Below, one piece after another: positions 8,738 to 17,747 of a stretch of DNA of 64,000 nucleotides (position 1 is the first letter of the stretch; every line of letters starts with the position of its first letter). This stretch comes from Desulfovibrionaceae bacterium. Lineage in GTDB: Bacteria; Desulfobacterota; Desulfovibrionia; Desulfovibrionales; Desulfovibrionaceae. The position numbers were made by a program, and so were the translations under genes. The notes under the pieces were generated by a model. It did not search any database and had not been told where the DNA came from. It saw nothing but the letters and a program-made list of their open reading frames with translations. The DNA lies in contig JAHZEL010000015.1 of assembly GCA_019421865.1 (NCBI GenBank), forward strand, positions 32,892 through 96,891, written 5' to 3'.

Positions 8738-9733
8738 ATGACTCCCTGCTGCCCCTCCCCCGACCAGGAACTGGCCCTCTCCCGCATGCGCGAACTCGAC
8801 GAGGTGACCGACGCGCTCTGCCGCCCCGAGTCCCTCTCCAGAGTGCTCAACGCCAAGGACTGCGCCACGCCTCTTCCCTCTCAGGAAACGCTGAAGGAAG
8901 TGATGGAACGCCTCAAGGCCGTGCTTTTCCCCGGCTACTTCGGGCCTTCCCAGGTGCACCGCGAGTCGCTGCGCTATCACATCGCCGCCAATCTCGATTC
9001 CATCTTCCGCCTGCTCAGCGAGCAGATCCGCCGCGGCGGCTGCTTTGCCTGCGCCGACTATGTGAACGACTGCCGCGGCTGCGACGTGGCCTCCAAGGAA
9101 ATGGCCATGAAGTTCATGCAGCGTATTCCCGCCATCCGTGAAATGCTCGCCGGAGACGCCCGCGCCGCCTACGAGGGCGATCCCGCCGCCACGAGCCCGG
9201 GGGAAACGGTGTTCTGCTACCCCTCCATGCTCACCATGATCCATCACCGCATCGCCCACGAGCTGTACGAGCTTCATGTGCCCATCATTCCGCGCATCAT
9301 CGCGGAAATGGCTCACTCCCGCACGGGCATCGACATTCATCCCGGCGCTCAGATCGGCGAAAACTTCTTCATTGATCACGGCACGGGCGTGGTCATCGGT
9401 GAAACCTGCATCATCGGCAAGGGCTGCCGCCTCTATCAGGGCGTGACGCTGGGCGCGCTCTCCTTCTCCAAGAACGCCGACGGCACGCTGGTCAAGGGCA
9501 TTCCCCGCCATCCCATTCTGGAAGACAACGTCACCGTGTACGCCGGAGCCTCCATCCTCGGCCGCATCACCATCGGCAAGGGTTCGGTCATCGGCGGCAA
9601 CGTCTGGCTCACGCACAGCGTGCCGGAAGGCAGCCGCATCGTGCAGAGCGGCCCCAAGGCCAAGCCCGGCGAAGCTCTTACCGGCAAAAACGACAAGAAG
9701 CAGGCCGACACGGCGGAAAAGAAGAACGCCTGA
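8738..9733 (+). CDS. cysE: Serine O-acetyltransferase (long form)
   Basis: 331 aa. Hexapeptide-repeat region HPGAQIGENFFIDHGTGVVIGETCIIG. Immediately downstream of cysK. Confidence 0.9.
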   Translation: MTPCCPSPDQELALSRMRELDEVTDALCRPESLSRVLNAKDCATPLPSQETLKEVMERLKAVLFPGYFGPSQVHRESLRYHIAANLDSIFRLLSEQIRRGGCFACADYVNDCRGCDVASKEMAMKFMQRIPAIREMLAGDARAAYEGDPAATSPGETVFCYPSMLTMIHHRIAHELYELHVPIIPRIIAEMAHSRTGIDIHPGAQIGENFFIDHGTGVVIGETCIIGKGCRLYQGVTLGALSFSKNADGTLVKGIPRHPILEDNVTVYAGASILGRITIGKGSVIGGNVWLTHSVPEGSRIVQSGPKAKPGEALTGKNDKKQADTAEKKNA

Positions 9734-9822
9734 TCGCTTTTCCCGTCAAACTGCGGCCTGGGAGGCTCATTTTCCGCCCTGCCGCAGAACCGCCGCGCCC
9801 ATGCGGAAGCCACCTATCTGAA

Positions 9823-9846
9823 AAAAGCGCCTTCGGGCGCTTTTTC
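9823..9846 (+). terminator. Rho-independent terminator after cysE
   Basis: AAAAGCGCC-TTCG-GGCGCTTTTT. Confidence 0.7.
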
Positions 9847-9911
9847 ATTATTCTTTCTGCCATGATGCCGTCACATTGCCCGGGCATACTGCCCCGGAAA
9901 AGGAGCGTTCC

Positions 9912-10919
9912 ATGACAGCATCAGCAAAACTTCGCGTTGCCGTTGCCGGCGGCGGGAGTTGGGGATCGGCGCTGGCCCATGTTCTGGCCACGGCCGGACA
10001 CGACGTGACCCTCGTTCTCAGGGATGAATCCGTAGCCCGCGCCGTGGAAGAACGGCACGAAAATCCGCGCTACCTTCCCGGCAGGCGTCTGCACGAAGGC
10101 GTCAAAGCCTCCACCTCTTCCGAAACGCTGAAGGACTGCGACGTTCTGGTGCTGGCCGTGCCCTGTCAGCATCAGCGCCTCTGGCTGCGCGATGCAAAGC
10201 CCTTCATCGCGGAGAAAGCCGTTATCGTGAACGCCTCCAAGGGGCTGGAAACCGGCAGCTGCCTGCCCATGAGTAAAGTGGCCGCGGAAGAACTTTCTCT
10301 CGCTCCGTCACGCTATGCCGTATTATCCGGACCTTCCTTTGCCGCAGAAGTCGTGGACGGTCAGCCCACGGCCGTGGTGCTCGGCTGCGAGGACGAAAAG
10401 GTGGGCGCCCGGCTCAGAAGCATTTTTTCCACGCCCTTCTTCCGCTGTTACTCCAGCACCGACGTCACGGGCGTGGAAACGGGCGGCGCGCTCAAGAACG
10501 TCATGGCCATCGCCGCCGGCGTATGCGACGGGCTGGGCTTCGGATCCAATGCCAGAGCTGCACTCATCACGAGAGGTCTTGCTGAGCTCAGCCGTCTCGG
10601 CACGGCCATGGGCGCGCGGCCTCTCACCTTCATGGGACTCTCCGGACTGGGCGATCTCGTGCTTACCTGCACGGGCGGCCTTTCCCGCAACAGGCAGGTA
10701 GGACTCAGACTCGGCAAGGGAGAACGACTGGACGATATCGTCGCGTCTCTGGGCATGGTGGCCGAAGGCGTGAAAACCGCCGAAGCCGCACGGACGCTGG
10801 CCGGACGTCTTCACGTTTCCGCGCCGGTCACCGAGGCCGTGTGCCGCATTCTTCAGGACGACGCCACCGCGGCCGACGCCGTGCGCGAGCTCATGGACCG
10901 TCCGCTGAAGGAAGAATAA
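9912..10919 (+). CDS. gpsA: NAD(P)H-dependent glycerol-3-phosphate dehydrogenase
   Basis: Rossmann motif VAVAGGGSWGSALA and GALKNVMAIAAG. ATG 9912 is preceded by AAAGGAG (ORF-track start 9876 is TTG). Confidence 0.93.
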   Translation: MTASAKLRVAVAGGGSWGSALAHVLATAGHDVTLVLRDESVARAVEERHENPRYLPGRRLHEGVKASTSSETLKDCDVLVLAVPCQHQRLWLRDAKPFIAEKAVIVNASKGLETGSCLPMSKVAAEELSLAPSRYAVLSGPSFAAEVVDGQPTAVVLGCEDEKVGARLRSIFSTPFFRCYSSTDVTGVETGGALKNVMAIAAGVCDGLGFGSNARAALITRGLAELSRLGTAMGARPLTFMGLSGLGDLVLTCTGGLSRNRQVGLRLGKGERLDDIVASLGMVAEGVKTAEAARTLAGRLHVSAPVTEAVCRILQDDATAADAVRELMDRPLKEE

Positions 10920-10922
10920 CGG

Positions 10923-11834
10923 CTACCGGCTGCCGGACTGCGTATTTCTCAGCCGGGTAATGTTGCGATGCGGCGGCTCGCCGAAGAGCCGCTTGTATTC
11001 CCTGTTGAACTGCGTGGGACTTTCATAGCCCACGGCAAGTCCTGCGCTTGCCGCATCTATTCTCTCGGAAAGCATGAGGCGCTGCGCTTCAAACAGACGC
11101 AGGCGCTTGTGGAACTGAAGCGGACTCAGGCTGGTGACTTCCTTGAAATGCCTGTGAAAGGTGGAGGTGGCCATGTTCACCCGCCGGGCCAGTTCTTCGA
11201 CCTGAAGCGGAGAGCGGTAATTGTCACGCAGCCACGTCACGGCCTGCGCTATCTGCATGCTCTGGGAACCGAGCGTATGAAAACGCCGCAGAAATTCGCC
11301 CTGCGGACCTATGAGCATGCGATAATAGATCTCTCTTATAATCATGGGGGCAAGCACCGGAATCTGCTCCGGCCTGTCCAGAAGCTCCATCAGGCGCAGA
11401 AAGGCGTCCAGCACGGAAATGTCCACGGTATCCACGGAAACGCCGCGCAGACACTCTTCGGAGGACGGCGCGGAAGACGGCGGTACCTCCAGCGCGAGAC
11501 GGGCCAGCTGAAAACGGTCCACATCCAGAGAAAGGCACAGAAACGGCGCATCCTTCGTGCCGTCCACGACATGGAACGAGCTCGGCACGTCCACGCCCAC
11601 CACCAGGCACTGGCCCTCGCCGTAGACGTATTCCTCCGTGCCGATCACGGACTTCTTTCTGCCCTGAAGCATGACGCCGATGCAGGGCGTATACAGACTG
11701 TTTTCCAGAACGTCGTTGGCCAGACGGCGGGAAATGGACAGGCCCGGAATGTCGGTCTTGCCTGCGCCGGGTTCCGGCATGTGCTTCATGGCCAGTTCCT
11801 TGAGCCGGTCGTTGATACGCTTCCAGTCTTCCAT
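10923..11834 (-). CDS. AraC family transcriptional regulator
   Basis: C-terminal AraC HTH (STFHRHFKEVTSLSPLQFHKRLRLFEAQRLM..REYKRLFGEPP). ATG 11834 has a GGAGG SD (longer ORF reaches 11864). Confidence 0.88.
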   Translation of the reverse strand: MEDWKRINDRLKELAMKHMPEPGAGKTDIPGLSISRRLANDVLENSLYTPCIGVMLQGRKKSVIGTEEYVYGEGQCLVVGVDVPSSFHVVDGTKDAPFLCLSLDVDRFQLARLALEVPPSSAPSSEECLRGVSVDTVDISVLDAFLRLMELLDRPEQIPVLAPMIIREIYYRMLIGPQGEFLRRFHTLGSQSMQIAQAVTWLRDNYRSPLQVEELARRVNMATSTFHRHFKEVTSLSPLQFHKRLRLFEAQRLMLSERIDAASAGLAVGYESPTQFNREYKRLFGEPPHRNITRLRNTQSGSR

Positions 11835-11990
11835 GCGAACCTCCGATTCTCCGCCCGGCAGCATCCCCTGAAAAGTTATGCCGCCTTTTTCTGCCTGCCG
11901 GGAGTTTCTTTCACATTACTCTTCCGAAGGACCTTTCCCCAGATACGATTTCCTCTTTTTCTTGCCTGATTCTCTCATTTTTCAGCAGGA

Positions 11991-12827
11991 ATGTCCCTTT
12001 TCGACAAAAGAAGCTTTTTCGACTACAACGACCTTTCCCGAAACTTCAATAAGGTCTCTGTCATGGAACTTTCCCTGCTCATCATTCTTGTCCTGTGCCT
12101 GTTCTTCTTTCTCGCCGGTTTTGTGGATTCCGTAGCCGGAGGCGGAGGACTCATTTCCGTACCGGCCATGCTTCTGTGCGGTCTGCCCCCGCATATCGCC
12201 CTCGGCACCGGAAAGTTCGCCAGTACGCTGGGATCGCTTACCTCGCTGTGGACCTTTGCCAGAAATCATCTGGTCGTTCTGCGCATCGCCCCCGCAGGCT
12301 TTCTTTCGGCCTTTGCCGGAGGCATGGCCGGCTCCGCGCTTGCCATGCATCTCGACAGCGCCGTGCTGGGCAAGATCCTCATCTTTCTGCTGCCCGTAGG
12401 CATGCTCATCTCCCTTTTCTCCGGCCGCCTCGCCACGGAGGAAGGCGAACTGCCGGAACGGCATCTCTGGATCAGAGTCATTCTCATGGGTTTTCTCATC
12501 GGCTCCTATGACGGCTTCTTCGGCCCCGGAACCGGCAGCTTCTTCATCATCGCCCAGCATCTTGTCCTGCGCATGGGCCTTGTGCGCGCATCGGCCACGG
12601 CCAAGGTCTTCAATCTCGCCTCCAACGCCGGAGCCTTCGCCGTATTCGCCTCCGGAGGTGCTGCTCTCTATTCCCTCGGCATTCCTCTTGCCGTGGCCAA
12701 CATTCTCGGTAATCAGCTCGGCACGCGCCTTGCCATACGCATAGGCGCGCGCATGGTCAGAAACTTTCTTTATATTGCGCTCACTCTGCTGCTCATCAGT
12801 CTGATCTACCGGTTCTTCTTTGCATAG
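11991..12827 (+). CDS. TauE/SafE (DUF81) family sulfite/anion exporter
   Basis: Polytopic, with the motif FVDSVAGGGGLISVP. An alternative start at ATG 12063 lies just before TM1. Confidence 0.8.
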   Translation: MSLFDKRSFFDYNDLSRNFNKVSVMELSLLIILVLCLFFFLAGFVDSVAGGGGLISVPAMLLCGLPPHIALGTGKFASTLGSLTSLWTFARNHLVVLRIAPAGFLSAFAGGMAGSALAMHLDSAVLGKILIFLLPVGMLISLFSGRLATEEGELPERHLWIRVILMGFLIGSYDGFFGPGTGSFFIIAQHLVLRMGLVRASATAKVFNLASNAGAFAVFASGGAALYSLGIPLAVANILGNQLGTRLAIRIGARMVRNFLYIALTLLLISLIYRFFFA

Positions 12828-12920
12828 AAGAGGCCCGATAAGCATAGCCCTCTGGACAGCCTTCGCGAAGACTGCCATAATCAGTAACGATAACACTTCT
12901 TACCAGTATACGGAAGGACT

Positions 12921-14375
12921 ATGCTCTTTATCGAAAAATGCAGGGAGGCGGTCGTCTCGGTCGTTCCGATCGTCCTTCTCGTCCTCCTGCTTCATCTGAC
13001 CGTTTCGCCCCTCGGCGACGATCTGCCGCGCTTTCTGGCAGGCGCGGTGCTTTTCGTGGCAGGGCTCGGCCTCTTTCTCGTGGGCGCCGACATCGGCGTT
13101 CTGCCGGTAGGACAGAAAGTCGGCTCCACGCTTACCGAAAAGCGTAATCTTGCCCTCATGCTGGCCGTGGGATTCACGGTGGGGTTCATCATCACCGTGG
13201 CCGAGCCGGATGTGCAGGTGCTTGCCGCGCAGGTCACGGGAGTTGCGCCGGTCATGGCGCCCATGGCGCTTGTAAGCATCATTGCGGCGGGCGTAGGATT
13301 CTTCGTGGCCGTGGCCATGGGGCGCATCATCTTTCAGCTCTCGCTCAAGACGCTGCTTTTTCTTTGCTACGCCGCCGTGTTTCTCTGCGCGTGCTTCACG
13401 CAGGATCTCTTTCTCGGCATAGGCTTCGATGCAGGCGGAGCCACCACCGGCCCCATGACCGTACCGTTCATCATGGCCCTCGGCGTCGGTGTGGCCGCCG
13501 TGCGCGGCGGAAGTCATGCCGGTGACGACAGCTTCGGCTTCGTAGGGCTGGCTTCCGTAGGTCCCATTCTGGCCGTGCTCATGCTCGGCCTGTTCGCCTC
13601 CCCCGCCGCCCCGGATGCGGCATCCGCCGCAGAAACGGCATCCCGCGGGCTTGTCGCCCACTTCATCGCCCTTCTGCCCGAAGTCACCCATGAGGTCGCC
13701 ACGGCTCTCGGTCCGCTGGCCATGCTGTTCCTGCTGTTCCGGCTCTTTCTCATCCGGCTCTCCCGCAGGCAGACGCTGCGCATGGTCATGGGCCTCATCT
13801 ACACCTTCATCGGCGTCATTCTCTTCTTTCTCGGCGTGAAGGGCGGCTTCATGCCCGCAGGCGACGCGCTCGGCGCGCTGCTCTCCGCTCCGGAGCACCG
13901 CTTTCTGCTCATTCCCGTGGCGCTCATCCTCGGCGCGGTCGTCGTCTGTGCCGAACCTGCCGTATGGATTCTCACCGAACAGGTGGAACAGGTCTCCGGC
14001 GGCGCCATCCGCCGCAGACTCATGCTGGCGGCTCTTTCCGCAGGTGTCTCCCTGGCCGTGGGCATGGCCATGTACCGGGTGATCTCGGGAACGAGCCTCT
14101 GGTATTTCCTTATTCCGGGCTACGCGGCCGCCATGCTGCTCATGCGATTCTGCCCGAACATGTTCACGGCCATAGCCTTCGACTCGGGCGGCGTGGCGTC
14201 CGGCCCCATGGCCTCAACCTTCATCCTTGCCTTCATGCTGGGCGTATCCAAGGGCGTAGGCGGCAATCCCGCCGTGGACGCCTTCGGCTGCATCGCCATG
14301 ATCGCCATGACGCCGCTCATCGCCATTCAGCTTCTGGGTATTGTTTTCAGCCGCAAGACAGAGGATCGCGCATGA
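12921..14375 (+). CDS. DUF1538-type polytopic membrane protein (internally duplicated)
   Basis: 484 aa with SD GGAAGG. Internal repeat motifs GFDAGGATTGPMTVPF and AFDSGGVASGPMASTF. The DUF1538 family assignment is from memory. Confidence 0.7.
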   Translation: MLFIEKCREAVVSVVPIVLLVLLLHLTVSPLGDDLPRFLAGAVLFVAGLGLFLVGADIGVLPVGQKVGSTLTEKRNLALMLAVGFTVGFIITVAEPDVQVLAAQVTGVAPVMAPMALVSIIAAGVGFFVAVAMGRIIFQLSLKTLLFLCYAAVFLCACFTQDLFLGIGFDAGGATTGPMTVPFIMALGVGVAAVRGGSHAGDDSFGFVGLASVGPILAVLMLGLFASPAAPDAASAAETASRGLVAHFIALLPEVTHEVATALGPLAMLFLLFRLFLIRLSRRQTLRMVMGLIYTFIGVILFFLGVKGGFMPAGDALGALLSAPEHRFLLIPVALILGAVVVCAEPAVWILTEQVEQVSGGAIRRRLMLAALSAGVSLAVGMAMYRVISGTSLWYFLIPGYAAAMLLMRFCPNMFTAIAFDSGGVASGPMASTFILAFMLGVSKGVGGNPAVDAFGCIAMIAMTPLIAIQLLGIVFSRKTEDRA

Positions 14376-15055
14376 ATACGTCTTTCAAGCAAAGCGCAGG
14401 CAAACTGCTCATCGCCGTTGTGGAAAAGCACAGGTGCGACGCGGCGGTGAAGGCGGCCAGAACCGCCGGCGCTCCCGGCGGAACCGTGCTCATGGGACGC
14501 GGTACGGCACAGAACAAGTGGCTCCGTCTTCTCGGTCTGGACGACGTGGAAAAGGAGCTGCTCTATACGCTGCTGCCCGCCCATCTTGTCCGCCCCGTCA
14601 AGGATGCCCTTCGCCATGCCCTGACCAGATCCCGGGGAATTCTCTTCACCATCGACGTGCTTGAGGCCGTTCGTCCGTCCACCCCGGAAGCCTTTCTTCC
14701 CCAGTCCCAGGAGGACCGTATGTCTGATCACCGCCCGGATACGTCCGGATACGAACTTCTTTCCGTCATCGTCAACAACGGCAGCGCCGATCAGGTCATG
14801 GATGCGGCCAGAAACGCCGGAGCGACGGGCGGTACCGTCATCCACGCGCGCGGCACGGCGCGTCCCGGCGACGCCGGATTCTTCGGCATCACCATCGTGC
14901 CGGAAAAGGAATTCGTCATGATTCTCTGCCCCGCCGACAAAAGCGAGCGCATCATGGAAAGCATCCGGACCGAATTCAGGGATGCCGATCCCGGCTCGGG
15001 CATCGCCTTCCGCACCGCCGTGGAATCCTTTGAAACGCTGGGCACGAAGGACTGA
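14372..15055 (+). CDS. Tandem (fused) PII/GlnB-like signal-transduction protein
   Basis: 227 aa. ATGA start/stop overlap with the upstream gene. Two repeats of about 100 aa: KLLIAVVEKHRCDAAVKAARTAGAPGGTVLMGRGTA and ELLSVIVNNGSADQVMDAARNAGATGGTVIHARGTA. Confidence 0.7.
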   Translation: MNTSFKQSAGKLLIAVVEKHRCDAAVKAARTAGAPGGTVLMGRGTAQNKWLRLLGLDDVEKELLYTLLPAHLVRPVKDALRHALTRSRGILFTIDVLEAVRPSTPEAFLPQSQEDRMSDHRPDTSGYELLSVIVNNGSADQVMDAARNAGATGGTVIHARGTARPGDAGFFGITIVPEKEFVMILCPADKSERIMESIRTEFRDADPGSGIAFRTAVESFETLGTKD

Positions 15056-15077
15056 GAAGTCCCGCACTTTTTCCGAG

Positions 15078-15112
15078 GCCCCTGCCGGAATCCGCTCCGG
15101 CAGGGGCTTTTT
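15078..15112 (+). terminator. Rho-independent terminator
   Basis: GCCCCTGCCGGA / TCCGGCAGGGGC stem followed by TTTTT. Confidence 0.75.
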
Positions 15113-15141
15113 GCATCTTCCTCAGCTTGCAGGGCGGGACG

Positions 15142-15190
15142 TTGACAGGCGGCGCTCCACCTTTTACTTAAGTATTTACTTAATTAAAAT
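15142..15190 (+). promoter_or_regulatory. Candidate sigma70 promoter with overlapping ArsR-type operator
   Basis: TTGACA at 15142, a 17-nt spacer, then TACTTA. Direct repeat TTTACTTAA at 15163-15171 and 15175-15183, with embedded palindromes ACTTAAGT and TTAATTAA. Confidence 0.4.
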
Positions 15191-15203
15191 TACAGGAGTC
15201 ATC

Positions 15204-15647
15204 ATGGCAGCTGTGCACACAGGATCAAAGGTCGCGTCCCTTCCGACAGCGCCGGAAACCGAAACGGATACGGCGCTTCTGTACCGCGCCCTTGCGGATG
15301 AAACCCGGCGCAACATCATAAGGCTGCTTCTTCAGCACAACCTCTGCGTATCCGCGCTTGCAGGACGCCTGAACATCAGCGAAAGCGCCGTATCGCAGCA
15401 CCTGAAAATTCTCAGGCAGGCCCGACTTCTGCATGGCGAAAAGCGCGGCTACTTCATGCATTACGACATCGACCGGGAAAGACTGCGCACGCTGGGGAAG
15501 GAAATCCTCGACATGGCAGACCTCACGAGGGCAGACGGCGCGCCGGGCCAGGCAAGGAAGACCTGCGCCGGAACGACGCCCGGATTTTCTGATGTATCGG
15601 AAAAAATTCTCCTTCCTCTCGCCCCTGTTTCCGAAACAAGGAGCTGA
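15204..15647 (+). CDS. ArsR/SmtB family transcriptional regulator
   Basis: 147 aa from ATG 15204 (SD AGGAG). HTH core LADETRRNIIRLLLQHNLCVSALAGRLNISESAVSQHLKILRQARLL. Confidence 0.88.
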   Translation: MAAVHTGSKVASLPTAPETETDTALLYRALADETRRNIIRLLLQHNLCVSALAGRLNISESAVSQHLKILRQARLLHGEKRGYFMHYDIDRERLRTLGKEILDMADLTRADGAPGQARKTCAGTTPGFSDVSEKILLPLAPVSETRS

Positions 15648-15649
15648 CC

Positions 15650-16129
15650 ATGTCCACAGTCGCCCTTTATCTCATGACGTTTCTGCTGCTGACCCTTTCC
15701 TTTTCCAAAGACAGAAAGAAAACCGTTCAGGCACTGAAAAAGGCCTGGAAGTCCTTTGAAGGAATCCTTCCCCAGTTTCTGTCCATTCTCATTCTGGTCG
15801 GCCTCATGCTCGCCGTACTGGATGAATCCGTCATCAGCCGCCTGCTCGGCGCGGAATCCGGTCTTGTCGGCATGGCCATCGCCGCGATTACGGGATCCGT
15901 CACGCTCATTCCGGGCTTCATCGCCTTTCCTCTGGCGGCGTCTCTGCTGGCTGCCGGAGCCGGTTACGAGCAGATCGCCATGTTCCTGACCACGCTCATG
16001 ATGGTCGGCATCGTCACGCTGCCGCTGGAGGCAACCTATTTCGGCAAACGTCTGGCCATACAGAGAAACCTTCTGGCCTTCCTCTACGCCGTCATTTCTT
16101 CCCTTCTGCTCGGAGGACTGCTGTCATGA
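15650..16129 (+). CDS. Half-size permease (ArsP/DUF318-like), subunit 1
   Basis: 159-aa polytopic ORF starting 3 nt after the arsR-like stop, with SD AAGGAG. Confidence 0.65.
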   Translation: MSTVALYLMTFLLLTLSFSKDRKKTVQALKKAWKSFEGILPQFLSILILVGLMLAVLDESVISRLLGAESGLVGMAIAAITGSVTLIPGFIAFPLAASLLAAGAGYEQIAMFLTTLMMVGIVTLPLEATYFGKRLAIQRNLLAFLYAVISSLLLGGLLS

Positions 16130-16638
16130 AGAACGTCTTTCTCCGCTACCGGATGTTTCTGCTCTTTTTTGCCGTCAACATCGCGCTGCTGTTTCTTGAG
16201 CCTTCCACTGGATGGAAAGCGCTCGAGCTTACCGGGGACAATGTGGTGGAAATGCTTTCCTTTCTGCCGCCCATCTTCGTGCTGCTCGGCCTTCTGGACG
16301 TCTGGGTGGATAGGGAAACCATGATGAAGTACATGGGCGAAAAATCAGGCCTGCGGGGTATGCTTCTGGCCTTTATTCTGGGCTCCGCCGCGGCCGGTCC
16401 TCTGTACGCCGCCTTCCCCATGTCCGGCGTCATGATGAAAAAAGGCGCCAGTCTGCTCAATGTCTTCATCTTCATCGGGGCATGGTCGACCACGAAAATT
16501 CCGCTCATCATGTTTGAAACCGCCACGCTGGGGTTCCACTTCATGCTCATGCGGCTCATGCTGAATATCATCGGCATTCTGCTTATTGCCGTGATTCTGT
16601 CCCGAAGCACGTCCGGCATTCCGCAGCAGAACGCCTGA
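16126..16638 (+). CDS. Half-size permease (ArsP/DUF318-like), subunit 2
   Basis: 170-aa polytopic ORF with ATGA overlap to the upstream permease. Confidence 0.65.
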   Translation: MKNVFLRYRMFLLFFAVNIALLFLEPSTGWKALELTGDNVVEMLSFLPPIFVLLGLLDVWVDRETMMKYMGEKSGLRGMLLAFILGSAAAGPLYAAFPMSGVMMKKGASLLNVFIFIGAWSTTKIPLIMFETATLGFHFMLMRLMLNIIGILLIAVILSRSTSGIPQQNA

Positions 16639-16741
16639 AAACGCCGCACATCTCACTCAAAAACGCTCCGCTTCTCCCGAATCCTCATTGTGCGGCTTCC
16701 CGAAATCCGGCATGATGCCGTCATTCCCCTGCGGAGAAATT

Positions 16742-17323
16742 ATGCGCGGCAGACTCATCTATGTCATGGGCCCTTCGGGGGCCGGAAAGGACTCGCTTCT
16801 TCTCGCTCTGCGTCCGCTGCTTGAGGGTGAGCCCGTAGCCTTCGTGCGGCGCTGCATCACGCGCCCGGCCTCCGCCGGAGGAGAACGGCATATTGCCGTC
16901 AGCCATGAGCGTTTCGAGGAACTTTCCGCCCGGGGGCATTTCTCCCTTCAGTGGAAAAGCCACGGACTCAGATACGGCATTCCGGCCGCCTGGGAACGCC
17001 TGCTGGAGAGGGGCACCTCTCTTATCGTCAACGGATCGCGCGCCGCCTTTCCCGAAGCCCGGCGCCGCCATCCCGATCTCATTCCCGTGCTTGTCTGCGC
17101 GCCTGTTTCCGTGCTGCGGGCAAGGCTGATCGCCCGGGGCCGGGAATCCGGCAGCGATCTGGAAGAGAGGCTGCAAAGCGCGCTCGCGCCCGTTCCCGGT
17201 GAAGCATCCGCCTCCGGCTGGATACGCATCGACAATTCCGGCTGCCTGGAAGACGCCGCCGACGCGCTGGCGCAAGCCATCAGAAACGCGCTGCCCCGGC
17301 GAAAGCCCGGACAAAAAGCCTGA
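16742..17323 (+). CDS. phnN: Ribose 1,5-bisphosphokinase PhnN-like (guanylate-kinase fold)
   Basis: 193 aa from ATG 16742. P-loop YVMGPSGAGKDSLL. Length and pattern match PhnN. Confidence 0.7.
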   Translation: MRGRLIYVMGPSGAGKDSLLLALRPLLEGEPVAFVRRCITRPASAGGERHIAVSHERFEELSARGHFSLQWKSHGLRYGIPAAWERLLERGTSLIVNGSRAAFPEARRRHPDLIPVLVCAPVSVLRARLIARGRESGSDLEERLQSALAPVPGEASASGWIRIDNSGCLEDAADALAQAIRNALPRRKPGQKA

Positions 17324-17524
17324 CGCTTTCCGGCCTGTTGCTCCTTCACCAGTCCCCTCATAACACACCGGAAACGCCGCGTTTCCCTCTGAAATCGGTT
17401 ATCCGCGCGCTGCTTTCCGCCCCCCGGCCGCAGAATTCCGCCTCTCTCTTCCTGAAAACGTGAAGAGAACAGTCAATTCTCCGCACCTGCTTGACAAAGA
17501 AGAACCGCTTGTCTATTTCAAAAG

Positions 17525-17650
17525 TAAGTTTTCGAGTCGGTCCGGCTAAAGCGTGCGCCACGCCGTTCCGACCTGAGTTTCTGCTCACAGGGTGGTTCTG
17601 GAAACGGTGCCGCCTCCCGTAATGCCTCCCGGCATGGAAAGAAAACGCTT
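17525..17650 (+). ncRNA. Candidate Moco/Tuco-type riboswitch in the modA leader
   Basis: Putative promoter TTGACA (17490), 17-nt spacer, TATTTC. Closing helix GUUUUC (17529-34) / GAAAAC (17641-46). The 3' element GCCGCCUCCCGUAAUG...GGAAAG resembles the conserved CGCCUCCCGUAUCUGGAAAGG of the E. coli moaA Moco motif (from memory). Confidence 0.5.
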
Positions 17651-17747
17651 CGCTTGAGCCGTACCCGGCCTTCATGCCGTCATGGTTCTGGTGTTTTCGT
17701 CTGTGAGCAACACCGGAATCGCGCTTCGGCGCGGCATGGAGAATCGC

